NCBI GenBank assembly: GCA_023247445.1
Contig: JAHFGL010000005.1
Location: 11,087 to 75,086 of the forward strand
Length of the DNA stretch: 64,000 nt
Direction: 5' to 3'
DNA from: Candidatus Omnitrophota bacterium
GTDB taxonomy: Bacteria > Omnitrophota > Gorgyraeia > Zapsychrales > Zapsychraceae
Positions 9,121 to 20,913 of this stretch are shown piece after piece. The translations under genes and the position numbers were made by a program. The stretch's first letter is position 1. The number at the start of each line of letters is the position of its first letter. The notes beneath the pieces are model-generated. The model was given only the letters and a program-made list of their open reading frames with translations. It was not told the DNA's origin and ran no database searches.

Positions 9121-10332
9121 CTACGGCAGCACACCCGTTTTAGAAACCTGGCCCAATTTCTTTGCACTTTCCTTAACCGTTCTCTTCTGCGTTTTATAAT
9201 CGATGTCAATCAAGCCAAACCGCGGACCAAAACCTTTGTCCCATTCAAAATTATCTAACAGCGACCAATAAAGATAGCCCTTCACATTAACGCCTTCTTC
9301 CATCGCACGATGAATACTCTTTAAATGATCAGACACAAATTCCCATCGCAGATTGTCGTCAGCAGTGCAAATCCCATTTTCGGTGATAAGGACCGGGAGA
9401 TTATATTTCTTGAGCTTTAAAAGAATCTGATACAGCCCCTCTGGATAAATATCCCAACCCAAGGAATTCTTCTTAACCGGATCATGATTCTTTTTGCAAA
9501 CGTCCCACAATAGACTTCCAATCCACCAACTTTCTGTATCGACTAATTGCCGCGAATAATAATTGAGTCCAATAAAATCCATACTGTGTTTTATTTTGTT
9601 CAAAATCTCAAAATTATATAACCAATCACGCAGGTAAACGGCAAAACGATTTCGCGCACTCGACAAACATGGAACAAGCGCCGAGATATGTTGGGCGATA
9701 CTAACAGCTGGTTTTCCCAAGTTTGATTCTTTATAAATTTTATGAATGAGCGCATAAGCTTTAATGTGAGCCACAATAAGATGATCATGAACCGCCCGCG
9801 CCCGCCAATTCGACTTTGCCTGCGGCGGCCAAAAGCCAAACATGTACGAATGGGAAATAAATATCGTTGGCTCATTAATTGTCATCCAATAACGAACATA
9901 AGGAGCTAGCGCCCGTGTCACAACATCGCAATACCGTAAAAAACAATCAACAGACTTCTTGTTTTCCCAGCCGCCCAACTTACTAAACCAAATCGGATTC
10001 GTAAAATGATGCAGCGTAACCATCGGCTCGATGTTTCGTGCACGCAACGCTAAAATGACATCGATATAATGTTTTATTTCTACTTCTGAAAACTTTCCTT
10101 CCTCCGGTTCGATGCGGCTCCATTCGATGGAAAGCCGATGAGCATTGTGATTGAGTTCTTTGGCTAAATCAAAATCCTGATTATACAGTTCGTAGTGACG
10201 GCAGGCCTCCCCGGAATTGACATGTCCGACCTTCTTTTCCCATGGCCACCAATCAGCGTTAGAATTATTTCCTTCGACCTGATAAGAAGAAGTTGCAGCG
10301 CCCCAAAAGAAATCTTGCGGAAATTTAAACAT
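9121..10332 (-). CDS. Glycoside hydrolase family 1 (beta-glucosidase-like)
   Basis: FFWGAATSSYQVEG, TINEP acid/base, ITENG nucleophile, WSLLDNFEW. Confidence 0.95.
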   Translation of the reverse strand: MFKFPQDFFWGAATSSYQVEGNNSNADWWPWEKKVGHVNSGEACRHYELYNQDFDLAKELNHNAHRLSIEWSRIEPEEGKFSEVEIKHYIDVILALRARNIEPMVTLHHFTNPIWFSKLGGWENKKSVDCFLRYCDVVTRALAPYVRYWMTINEPTIFISHSYMFGFWPPQAKSNWRARAVHDHLIVAHIKAYALIHKIYKESNLGKPAVSIAQHISALVPCLSSARNRFAVYLRDWLYNFEILNKIKHSMDFIGLNYYSRQLVDTESWWIGSLLWDVCKKNHDPVKKNSLGWDIYPEGLYQILLKLKKYNLPVLITENGICTADDNLRWEFVSDHLKSIHRAMEEGVNVKGYLYWSLLDNFEWDKGFGPRFGLIDIDYKTQKRTVKESAKKLGQVSKTGVLP

Positions 10333-10448
10333 AGCAAATTATAACATCACCCAAAAGAAATCTGCCAAAATATATTTATTTAAGTCGAGAGAAAGTGTAA
10401 GTTATATGTATAAGATTTTTAATAAGACTTATTCAGAAAACTTACCAG

Positions 10449-11111
10449 ATGGTTGAGCCCCAAGAGAGCAAAGCAGTCATGAAGAATGTTGCTTCTCTTT
10501 CATGGCTACAAGTCATAACGTATCTGTTGCCGATTATCATCCGGCCCTATCTTTTTAGAACAATCGGGGCAGAAAAGCTTGGACTTTTGACCAACAATAC
10601 GCTCACAGGATTCTATTGCAGAAAGAATTGCCAATGCCGTCTGGACATTTCGCTAACGGCTTTTTCCCAAGCGATTTTTCCACGCTTAAGTAAAATGTTT
10701 CACAAAAACAAAATGCTGGCGTTAAAAATTATGCAACAAATCCAACTAATCACGATCATTATCTCTTTAATTTTCTTACCACTAATCTTTATCTTTGCAG
10801 ATTTCGTTGTCAAGGCTATCTGCGGTAAGGATTACCCTACGACCGTTTTATCCTTGAGACTTTTACTAGTCTCTGTATTTTTTATTAACTCCAATGCCTT
10901 TCGTGTACAATTTTTATTGGTAGCGGGCAAGACACATACCTATTCCAATATTCATATCATGATGGCCATGATCGGTCTTCCCTTAATATTTCTCTTAATA
11001 TATTCTTATTCTTATATTGAGGCAGGAATTTTTACGATGACCTATTTTGCGGTAAGAAAACTGACCTTCCAAATGGAGCCCACAGTTAAAGCTGTGGCAC
11101 CTTCTAAATGA
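10449..11111 (+). pseudogene. Internally deleted Wzx-type flippase remnant
   Basis: Flippase N-terminus joined directly to C-terminal half; only 220 aa; shifted frame near 10615 reads IAERIANAV. Confidence 0.65.
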
Positions 11112-11144
11112 CCCATCTTCGCTCCAACAGTTTTGTTTAGGAGC

Positions 11145-11230
11145 TTCGCCGGGTTCATCCGCCTTTTTTAAATAACGGCGAACATCCGCCGTAGCCAAAC
11201 GTAGAAACATTTTGGCAAAGGCGGATGAAA
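11145..11230. repeat. Multi-hairpin palindromic element
   Basis: TTCATCCGCCTTT/AAAGGCGGATGAA, TTCGCCG/CGGCGAA and GCCAAA/TTTGGC pairings. Confidence 0.55.
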
Positions 11231-11256
11231 AAGCCTGATCTTTATAGATCAGGCTT
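11231..11256. terminator. Hairpin between convergent genes
   Basis: AAGCCTGATCT-ttat-AGATCAGGCTT. Confidence 0.65.
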
Positions 11257-11303
11257 ATCTAAGCTTTGTTTCTTTTACCTTATCTCGACTTATAATCAGG
11301 GCG

Positions 11304-11415
11304 GCATCAATTTTCCTTATTACAAACAGTTATAATTGATACTGCACTCACTTCTTCTAATAAGATCAAATTGATGCAGTACTCACTACCTTAAAAAGTT
11401 AAGGAGAGTGAGTGC
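11304..11415. mobile_element. 112-bp six-box inverted-repeat element, copy E1
   Basis: Boxes GCATCAATT, AATTGATAC, GCACTCACT, AATTGATGC, GTACTCACT, AGTGAGTGC; removal restores a helicase C-terminal reading frame. Confidence 0.8.
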
Positions 11416-12637
11416 GACGCTTATTCCCAGGCTTCAAAAAACTAAATTTATTTTTTGGCCGATGTGGTCCGGATGATGAACTATGGGAGGCTTCTACATT
11501 AGGAACAAACTGATTATTGGGAAATTCTGGACTTTTCGATCTAGGCAAAGACATCTTCATTAGTTTTTCAATCTTCTCAACATCTTCACTTTGAAGAGGT
11601 GTGGCCAGCGTCACTGCGTGTCCAGCACATCCCGCGCGTCCCGCACGACCAATGCGGTGCACATAGTTTTCACTATCATCGGGAATATCATAGTTGATTA
11701 CAAGCTCAATCATGCTCACATCAATGCCTCGGGCAGCGATGTCCGTTGCAACCAAGACTCGATAACGTCCGCGCTTAAAACCTTCCATGGCATCACCACG
11801 CTGACCCATCGAACGATTGGAATGAATCTCGGTGACCTTTTCTCCCATCTGCGCAATACTCCTCGCCACTCTTACGGCTTTTATTTTAGTGCGTATAAAA
11901 ACCAAAACCGGACCGCGATATTTTTTCAAAAGCATTCTCAAGACTTTAACTTTAACCGATTCTTCGACGATAAAGAGTTCCTGACTCAAAGCTTTGGGAG
12001 CCGTTCCAGGCGGGGCCACTTCCACATTAATAGGCATCTGCATATGTGCGGTTGCAAGTTTTACGATATCAACCGGCATCGTTGCTGAAAAAAGCATGGT
12101 CTGTTTTTTCCCGGTCAAGCAACTAAGAATCTTATCAACCTGCGGGGCAAAACCCATATCGAGCATTCGATCAGCTTCATCAAGAACAAGAATTTTAATA
12201 TCGCCAAGATCAAATGTTCCTTGATAAATATGATCAAGTAAACGTCCAGGAGTTGCGATTAGTATGTTTGGATTCTTTCTAAGATCAGCAAGCTGCGGAG
12301 AAATACTAACGCCACCAATTAAAACAACACTCGACATTTTGAATGGACGCAAGATATCTTTGATCGCCTCATGAATTTGAATAGCGAGCTCACGTGTTGG
12401 CACAAGAACCAGCGCCCGTCCACCTTCAGCGGCAAGTCGCTGCACCATCGGGATACCAAACGCTAATGTTTTACCGGTCCCTGTTTGCGCGATGCCGACA
12501 ATATCTTTTCCTTCAAGCGCCAAAGGAATCGCCTTGTGCTGAATTGGCGTCGGGACAACAAACTTCATGCGTTCAAGGACGCTAAGCATATCCGGCGCAA
12601 TTCCTAAATGATAAAAACTTAAATTTGAATCAAGCAT
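11399..12637 (-). CDS. DEAD-box RNA helicase (RhlE-like)
   Basis: AQTGTGKT, PTRELA, DEAD, SAT, HRIGRAGRAG. Confidence 0.95.
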   Translation of the reverse strand: MLDSNLSFYHLGIAPDMLSVLERMKFVVPTPIQHKAIPLALEGKDIVGIAQTGTGKTLAFGIPMVQRLAAEGGRALVLVPTRELAIQIHEAIKDILRPFKMSSVVLIGGVSISPQLADLRKNPNILIATPGRLLDHIYQGTFDLGDIKILVLDEADRMLDMGFAPQVDKILSCLTGKKQTMLFSATMPVDIVKLATAHMQMPINVEVAPPGTAPKALSQELFIVEESVKVKVLRMLLKKYRGPVLVFIRTKIKAVRVARSIAQMGEKVTEIHSNRSMGQRGDAMEGFKRGRYRVLVATDIAARGIDVSMIELVINYDIPDDSENYVHRIGRAGRAGCAGHAVTLATPLQSEDVEKIEKLMKMSLPRSKSPEFPNNQFVPNVEASHSSSSGPHRPKNKFSFLKPGNKRRTHSP

Positions 12638-12812
12638 AATAATTTTCCTATTAACAATTAAAAGGTTCTTTATTATAGGGATAGAGGGCTGTTTGACCTA
12701 ATGAAATTTTGTTTGGATAAAATAGGATACGTATCTTTTCTAAATCTTAACTATTAACGAGGCAAGTTAACAAAACTACTGGAGATAAATTATCTAAGAA
12801 TTTTCATAATTT

Positions 12813-14033
12813 TTAAAGCCCTTCGGTATAATCCAAATCTTTACCGTGGGTTTCGGCAAGACCAATCAAAGCCAAAAGAGCAACAACAACACAAAATAAC
12901 GCAACGATCCAACCGGCATTAATAATGCCATACGAAACTTTTAAGGATTGAAAGCTTAAGGTAAGCGGCACAACCGATCCGCGAACAAAATTGGGAACCG
13001 TTGTTGCCACCGTTGAACGGATATTCGTCCCAAACTGTTCCGCCGCGATTGTGACAAACACCGCCCAATATCCACTGGCTATTCCAAGCCCTAAACAAAA
13101 TAAATAAAAAATCTCCAAACTTGGCTGGGGATAAAATAAGTACAAGCCCATAAACATAACATTTAACAACATAAAAACAAGAACCGCTTTTTTGCGACTC
13201 CCCCAGATCTGCGACAACGATCCGCTGATTAAGCCTCCCAGTGCAAGTCCAATATAAGCAAACATGACCGCCTTGCCAGCGACTGGCGGCTGCGGCATAT
13301 GCAGCGCCTTACCAAATTCCGGTGAAAAGGTGATCAAGATTCCAACCACAAACCAAAGCGGAATGCCGATTAAGATGCAGCGTAAATATTTTAAAATGTT
13401 GGGCCATGATTTGAAGATAAGCAACAAGCTGCCGCGACGAATATCTGTAGCGGCAACTTGCCGGAACATTCCAGATTCACTCGCTTTAATGCGCAGTAGT
13501 AATAATCCAATCCCCATGCCGCCACCGACAAAATAGGCTGTGCGCCAATCGAACAAATCGCCAACTAAAGCGGCAACGACCGCGCCCAAGATTCCAACGA
13601 CCGACACGACCATAGTTCCGTACGCGCGATTTTCTTTGGACATGACTTCAGAGACAAGTGTAATCCCAGCACCCAGTTCACCAGCTAAACCGATGCCCGC
13701 AATAAAACGTAGCACCGCGTAGGAAGTAACATCATTAACAAAACCATTGGCAATATTCGCCACTGAATACAAACAAATGGATCCTAGCAAAACCGAAAGC
13801 CGCCCGCGTTTGTCACCCAAGATGCCCCAAAAGATTCCACCCAAGAGCATCCCGCTCATTTGCATGTTTAAAAGTAACACCCCCTGCGACAAAAGATCCG
13901 CATCAAGCACGCCGATTGCTTTTAAACTCTTCACCCTCACAATACTAAAAAGGATCAAATCGTAGATATCAACAAAGTATCCCAGCGCGGCGAGAAGGAT
14001 GGATGAAGAAATGACGTTTTGTTTTTTCATCAT
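12813..14033 (-). CDS. MFS transporter
   Basis: About 12 TM segments; GILGDKRGR motif A; LRFIAGIG. Confidence 0.9.
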   Translation of the reverse strand: MMKKQNVISSSILLAALGYFVDIYDLILFSIVRVKSLKAIGVLDADLLSQGVLLLNMQMSGMLLGGIFWGILGDKRGRLSVLLGSICLYSVANIANGFVNDVTSYAVLRFIAGIGLAGELGAGITLVSEVMSKENRAYGTMVVSVVGILGAVVAALVGDLFDWRTAYFVGGGMGIGLLLLRIKASESGMFRQVAATDIRRGSLLLIFKSWPNILKYLRCILIGIPLWFVVGILITFSPEFGKALHMPQPPVAGKAVMFAYIGLALGGLISGSLSQIWGSRKKAVLVFMLLNVMFMGLYLFYPQPSLEIFYLFCLGLGIASGYWAVFVTIAAEQFGTNIRSTVATTVPNFVRGSVVPLTLSFQSLKVSYGIINAGWIVALFCVVVALLALIGLAETHGKDLDYTEGL

Positions 14034-14060
14034 TTAATTTGAACCTTAACTAATCTCGAT

Positions 14061-14672
14061 TTATATTTTTTCTTTTATCTCTTTCGGTGCGATGATGCCA
14101 ACGGAAACAATCGCTTTTAAAGTTTCTTCGATCGTCCAGCCCGGATCGACCGTTTGAGAGGCTTTAACCACCAAAACAAAACCAGATCCCGGCGTTGGCG
14201 CCGTTGGAGCAAGAACAAATAAATACTCTTCTTTTGTTTTAGGGTCGATCAACGAATTCATCACAAAAGCAGGCACCATAATTCCGGTATCATTAAGTTT
14301 AACCAAGACAGCTTTTTTAAAAGCCTGTTTTTCTGAATCAACGGCCGAAAGACCATGTGACAATTGTTTACCTATTCCATAAATTGTCTTAATAAGCGGA
14401 ATCCGCTGACTTATTCCGTCAATAAATCTGAGAAACTGACGGCCAACGATGTTACTAAGAATCAAGCCTAAAAGATAAAGGAAAATCAGAACCAACAAAA
14501 CACCTAATCCTGGGATGTGACGAACTTGAATAAAATTATTCAAAAATCCCACAATTCTTTTATCAATTAATACATACAGCAGTTGAAGGGCAAAGGCACA
14601 CAACAAAATAGGAATAATACCAATCAACCCACGAAAGATGTACATACGTGCATGTGTAATAAAATTTTTCAT
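14061..14672 (-). CDS. DUF502-family membrane protein
   Basis: IPGLG, RIPLIKTIY..KQ, PTAPTPGSGF. Confidence 0.85.
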   Translation of the reverse strand: MKNFITHARMYIFRGLIGIIPILLCAFALQLLYVLIDKRIVGFLNNFIQVRHIPGLGVLLVLIFLYLLGLILSNIVGRQFLRFIDGISQRIPLIKTIYGIGKQLSHGLSAVDSEKQAFKKAVLVKLNDTGIMVPAFVMNSLIDPKTKEEYLFVLAPTAPTPGSGFVLVVKASQTVDPGWTIEETLKAIVSVGIIAPKEIKEKI

Positions 14673-14679
14673 TTTCTCC

Positions 14680-15225
14680 TTATCTCCTCATAGTCGATGT
14701 TGTTTCCACCAGTGATTTTAATTGCGCCAGACCCTTCTCAAATTGGTCGCCGACCATTTTTTCGCAGTTCATAAATAAACCGATGGCCTTGGCCATAAAA
14801 TTATTTTTGCCGGACATTGTCCATGTCACAACCGTTTGATTTCCTTCCGACTTAAACGTAAACAGCGTATCGTTTGTGGCGGTAAAAGGCTTGATAAATT
14901 CAAGTTTAATTCGGATGAGCTCACTACCCATACTTTCTGTAATTGTCATGCGTCCCTCACCGATCTCGTTATTCCCAACCCAAGAATAGATAGCTCCAAC
15001 ACCCAAAGGCGCACCCTCGAAACTTTTTTTCATCGCCGGATCTATTTTCTCCCACGGGGACCATTGTGCCCAATGGCGAAAATCATTAACCTGGGCAAAT
15101 ACAGTCGGTGCCGCAGCAGCAATCGTAATACTTCGCTCTACCTTAAACTCCGATGGTTGCATGGAAACAATAACACTAAAAATAATAACAATGGCGACAA
15201 AAATGATAAAAAATTTTTTAAGCAT
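14680..15225 (-). CDS. SRPBCC/polyketide-cyclase-like protein
   Basis: VERSITI, WSPWEKIDP, GEGRMTI, DQFEKGLAQLK. Confidence 0.85.
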   Translation of the reverse strand: MLKKFFIIFVAIVIIFSVIVSMQPSEFKVERSITIAAAAPTVFAQVNDFRHWAQWSPWEKIDPAMKKSFEGAPLGVGAIYSWVGNNEIGEGRMTITESMGSELIRIKLEFIKPFTATNDTLFTFKSEGNQTVVTWTMSGKNNFMAKAIGLFMNCEKMVGDQFEKGLAQLKSLVETTSTMRR

Positions 15226-15557
15226 AATAATTTTTCTCCCTTATATGTTCTTATGTAATTATTCGACAACAGTGATTGGCACAGATGGGATTATAACAAA
15301 GGTCTTAAAATTGGGAAGGAGAAATTAGTTACACACTTAGCCTGTAACAATCCTCACGCTGTTATGGCAACTAAAAATATAAAGAACGGCCTTCGTTCTG
15401 ACTCAGCTAACTGGTTGTGCACTTGGAGGGCAAAGGAGAACTGGTTGCCCTCACGCTCTTCTTTAGTAGCGAATGCTGGGATTTCGATTTTGGTTGCGCA
15501 CTTGGTTTTTCTTTTATCTTTGGAAACCAAGTACTGCAACCAGCTTCTCTAAAAAGG

Positions 15558-15590
15558 AAAAGGGACGTTATCCATGATAACGTCCCTTTT
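15558..15590 (-). terminator. Terminator downstream of tRNA-fMet
   Basis: AAAAGGGACGTTATC / GATAACGTCCCTTTT. Confidence 0.75.
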
Positions 15591-15598
15591 ATTGAAGC

Positions 15599-15675
<77 letters not shown>

Positions 15676-15781
15676 CAATATGTGCTTCTTTAAGTAAGAA
15701 GCAAAAATATCTATTCCGGGGAAGCACATATTGCGCGGGACTATTTTCTGAAACCTTCGTTTTCAGAAAAGTTGCCCCGCG
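15676..15781. repeat. Double-hairpin element at the tRNA-fMet 5' end with a 7-bp direct repeat
   Basis: CCGCGCAATATGTGCTTC/GAAGCACATATTGCGCGG; TTTTCTGAAA/TTTCAGAAAA; CCCCGCG at 15669-15675 and 15775-15781. Confidence 0.7.
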
Positions 15782-15833
15782 GCTCTATTTGCTTCTTTGG
15801 AATTAGAAAATTTATTTAAAGAACAATTAATTT

Positions 15834-16109
15834 TTACTTCGTCGCATTGGCTGGTGACATGCGATAAATCATTTCGCCTTCTTTAATAAGCCCCATCTTC
15901 TCCCGCGCAACCTTCTCGACATACGCGGGATCATTATCTAACCGATATTTCTCAACCAGAAGCTCATTATTTTTTTGCTTTAGATGCTTAATCTCTTCTA
16001 AATATTTTCTGTTCTTTTCCTTCAAATCCTGCATCTGCGTAAACGACGGCAGAAAATATAACAACACCAAAAAACAAATTGTGAACAACCCGATTGCGTT
16101 CTTAATCAT
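15834..16109 (-). CDS. Septum formation initiator (FtsB/DivIC-like)
   Basis: TM plus coiled coil, DPAYVEKVAREKMGLIKEGE; follows eno. Confidence 0.88.
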   Translation of the reverse strand: MIKNAIGLFTICFLVLLYFLPSFTQMQDLKEKNRKYLEEIKHLKQKNNELLVEKYRLDNDPAYVEKVAREKMGLIKEGEMIYRMSPANATK

Positions 16110-16124
16110 TCTAGAGTTTAGGGT

Positions 16125-17423
<1,299 letters not shown>

Positions 17424-17622
17424 TTAATCTGATGTAAAAGATTAGTCGCCAAATTAACATAGTTTATCTCTAAAGTCAAGCGCCAAGACTTAGATGCTGT
17501 GCAAGTTAAGACAAATTTGCCGCCAGCCGCTATATTCAAGAATTTATGATATACTTTACTCTAGTATCATGATAAATTATGAAATTAATTGAACAGCTAA
17601 TAATTTAAAGAAAGAATAAAAC

Positions 17623-20600
17623 ATGCAAAAGATTATTATTTGGCTCAAAATTAATTGGTTAAAAATCCTTCTAATCGTCCTCTTTACCCTACTTCTCGCC
17701 AGCCTTATTGCCTATTGTACCTATATCTACCAAAGCTACCTTGGCCTTGAAAATTTTACAAAAAAACAAGTCGCGGGTACGCAGGCGATGTACATGCCGA
17801 TGATGGTGTTTTCTCAACTTCTTACGCTTCCTTTTGTCTTTGCGATGTATTACTACATCATGACGGGCGGCGGCGCTGGAACGTTTAAAAAACCCGAAGT
17901 TTCTAAAATGAATGTCAAATGGAGCGACATTATTGGCATGGAAGAAGCCAAAAAAGATGCGCTAGAAGTTATCCGATTTCTTAAAGATCACTCGATGCAA
18001 AAGGCTATTGGTGGAAATGTTATCAAGGGAACCATTCTTCTTGGACCTCCAGGTTGCGGGAAAACATATTTGGCCAAGGCGATCGCCACCGAATGTGGAC
18101 TTCCCATGATCTCAGCGACAGGAAGTGATTTTGTGGCGATGTATATGGGTCAAGGGGCCGCAAGAATGAAATCCCTTTTTAAGCAGGCCCGCTCTGAAGC
18201 TAAAATCCATGGCGGATGTATTATTTTTATCGATGAAATCGATGCCTTTGCCCGTCCCCGCCAGCAAGAAATGGGCGGTGGGGCAACAACATCCCACAAT
18301 GCCACCATCAATCAATTTCTAACTGAATTTGATGGGTTACGCAAAAAAGAAAATAACATTATTGTTCTGGCCGCCTCCAATGTTGAAGAAGATGAACTCG
18401 ACCCAGCGATTATGCGATCCGGTCGCTTTGATCGAAAAATTTATGTTGAGAAACCAAACGCTCGAGAACGTGAAGCCTTAATCAAATTTTATCTTTCGAA
18501 AGTTGAAGCAGATAAAAATCTTGATATTGGATTGTTTGCCGAAAAGGCGCAATGGTTCTCCCCTTCCGATATCTATAACATGATTCGAGAAGCCGGAGTC
18601 ATTGCCATTAGAAATAATCATAAAGCTATTGCCAACGAAGATTTAAATGCTGGTCTACAGCGTGTCATATCCTCAATTGAAAAAACTGGTGGAGCAAAAA
18701 TCCTAAGCCAGAAGGTCAATATTAAGTGGGATCAATTAATTGGCATGGAAGAAACAAAAAAGGATGCGTGGGAAATTGTAGAACTTTTGCGTGATCGCCA
18801 TCGCTTAAAAGTGATCGGCGGCCAAATTATTAAAGGTGTCATCATGATCGGCCCGCCGGGATGCGGCAAAACTTATTTGGCTAAGGCCATGGCGACCGAA
18901 TCAGGTTTTCCCTTTATGACCGCCACAGGTGGAGAATTCACAGGCAAATATTGGGGTTCTGGCGTTGAAAGGATTAAAGAATTATTTAAAGAAGCCCGTA
19001 AACTGGCCAAGACCGAAGGCGGATGCATCATCTTTATCGATGAGATCGACGCGCTCATTCGTCCGCGCGAGCAAAAAGGAGTTGAACCCGGGGGTGATCG
19101 TCATTCCAACGCTACCGTCAATCAGTTTCTATCAGAAATGGACGGTCTAAAAAATATGGATGAAGGAAATGTCGTTGTCTTGGCGGCAACTAACGTCGAT
19201 GAAGGAAATCTTGATGAAGCGGTGCTGCGCTCAGGACGATTTGATCGCAAGATTTATTTCAGCAAACCTTCTTCAAAAGACAGAGAAAAATTACTCCAAT
19301 ATTATCTTTCTAAAATAAAAACAGATGAAACCGTAAATATTCCCCACCTTGCGGATAAAGCCAAATGGTTTTCAGCCGCTGATATTAATAATATGGTCAG
19401 AGAGTCCGGCATTTTAGCTTTACGAGAAAAACGAGAAATTATCTCAATGGACGATTTAGAAAAAGCGCTGGATCGTGTCATGATATCGATTGAACACACG
19501 GGTGAAAATAAAATCCTTGGCAACAAAGTCAATGTTAAGTGGGATGAAGTCATTGGCATGAACGATGCCAAAGAAGAAGCCTGGGAAATTGTTAAATTAC
19601 TTAAAGACCGAAATATGGTCAAAGCCGTCGGAGGAAAAATCGTTAAAGGTGTCATTATGTTTGGTCCTCCCGGCTGCGGGAAAACATATTTGGCTAAGGC
19701 CATGGCGACAGAAGCTGGATTTCCATTTATGACTGCCCAGGGAAGCGATCTTGTTGGTGTTTGGGTGGGTGAAGGCGCCAGAAAGATGAAAGATATTTTC
19801 AAAGAAGCTCGAGCGATGGCCCGCGCCGAAGGCGGATGTATCATCTTCTTTGATGAAATAGATTCTTTCGCAACCCCGCGTGGAAAAGATATGGGCGGCG
19901 GCGGAATGACAAGTCACAACGCCGCGATCAATCAATTCTTGACAGAGCTCGATGGGTTAAGACAGCAGGAAAATAATATTTTTGTTTTAGCGGCCACAAA
20001 TGTGAAAGAAAAAGATCTCGACCCTGCTATCTTAAGGGCCGGAAGAATTGAAAGAAAAATTTATATCAAACGCCCCAACCTCCAAGAGAGAACAGATTTG
20101 CTCAATTTTTATTTGGCTAAAGTAAAAATTAATGCGGGTGTCGAGGCAAAAGCCTGGGCACGGATTGCGGTTGGATTTACACCGTCTGAAATTGATAATT
20201 TAATCCGTGAGGCAGGACTTTTGGCTTTACGCAACAATAGGGATACTATCAACCAAACCGATATGACGGAAGCTTATGATCGAATTACAATCGGGTCATT
20301 ATCCAACGCACGTTATTCGGAAAAAGAAAAAACCATGACGGCCTATCATGAAGCCGGGCACGCCATCATGACCTATCTCATCCATCCTACCGACGAAGTC
20401 ATCAAAGCAACCATTAGGCCTCGCAAGGATTACTTGGGATACATTTATTATCGTCAGGCGGACGATTTTGAACCAGGAGCTTCCAATATAGAAGAAGAAC
20501 TCGCTAAAATTAAAATTTCTATAGCTGGTTATGCTGCTGAAAAAATTGTTTATGGAACAGTGACCACAGGTGTTTGGGGCGATTTCCAACATATCATGCA

Positions 20601-20913
20601 ATATGCGCATCGTATGGTCTGGGAATTAGGCATGGGTAAATCTGGATTTCTTGGCAACTTTCTTTCCATTGGCTCACAACATGGAGAGCTTTATATGTCT
20701 GAGAAAACAAAAGAGACATTGGATAATGATGTGCAACAAATATTACAATCAAGCCTCAAAGAAACGATGGACATTCTGACCAAACATAGAGATCTGTTGG
20801 ATTATTTTACTCAAGAACTTTTGAAAAAAGGTGATTTGCAATATGACGAGATCGTTGCCATATTTGATAAATTTGGATTAAAGCCGCTGACAAGACCACC
20901 CAAGGTCTCGTAA
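17623..20913 (+). CDS. FtsH-like membrane metalloprotease with three tandem AAA+ domains
   Basis: Two N-terminal hydrophobic helices; GPPGCGKT x3, hhhhDEID x3, R-x-GR x3; C-terminal TAYHEAGH M41 motif. Confidence 0.92.
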   Translation: MQKIIIWLKINWLKILLIVLFTLLLASLIAYCTYIYQSYLGLENFTKKQVAGTQAMYMPMMVFSQLLTLPFVFAMYYYIMTGGGAGTFKKPEVSKMNVKWSDIIGMEEAKKDALEVIRFLKDHSMQKAIGGNVIKGTILLGPPGCGKTYLAKAIATECGLPMISATGSDFVAMYMGQGAARMKSLFKQARSEAKIHGGCIIFIDEIDAFARPRQQEMGGGATTSHNATINQFLTEFDGLRKKENNIIVLAASNVEEDELDPAIMRSGRFDRKIYVEKPNAREREALIKFYLSKVEADKNLDIGLFAEKAQWFSPSDIYNMIREAGVIAIRNNHKAIANEDLNAGLQRVISSIEKTGGAKILSQKVNIKWDQLIGMEETKKDAWEIVELLRDRHRLKVIGGQIIKGVIMIGPPGCGKTYLAKAMATESGFPFMTATGGEFTGKYWGSGVERIKELFKEARKLAKTEGGCIIFIDEIDALIRPREQKGVEPGGDRHSNATVNQFLSEMDGLKNMDEGNVVVLAATNVDEGNLDEAVLRSGRFDRKIYFSKPSSKDREKLLQYYLSKIKTDETVNIPHLADKAKWFSAADINNMVRESGILALREKREIISMDDLEKALDRVMISIEHTGENKILGNKVNVKWDEVIGMNDAKEEAWEIVKLLKDRNMVKAVGGKIVKGVIMFGPPGCGKTYLAKAMATEAGFPFMTAQGSDLVGVWVGEGARKMKDIFKEARAMARAEGGCIIFFDEIDSFATPRGKDMGGGGMTSHNAAINQFLTELDGLRQQENNIFVLAATNVKEKDLDPAILRAGRIERKIYIKRPNLQERTDLLNFYLAKVKINAGVEAKAWARIAVGFTPSEIDNLIREAGLLALRNNRDTINQTDMTEAYDRITIGSLSNARYSEKEKTMTAYHEAGHAIMTYLIHPTDEVIKATIRPRKDYLGYIYYRQADDFEPGASNIEEELAKIKISIAGYAAEKIVYGTVTTGVWGDFQHIMQYAHRMVWELGMGKSGFLGNFLSIGSQHGELYMSEKTKETLDNDVQQILQSSLKETMDILTKHRDLLDYFTQELLKKGDLQYDEIVAIFDKFGLKPLTRPPKVS

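Noticed and set aside
17623-20913. Calling the triple-AAA gene plain ftsH or a Cdc48/p97 homologue
   Set aside because: FtsH has one AAA module and Cdc48 has two with no protease, so no symbol was assigned
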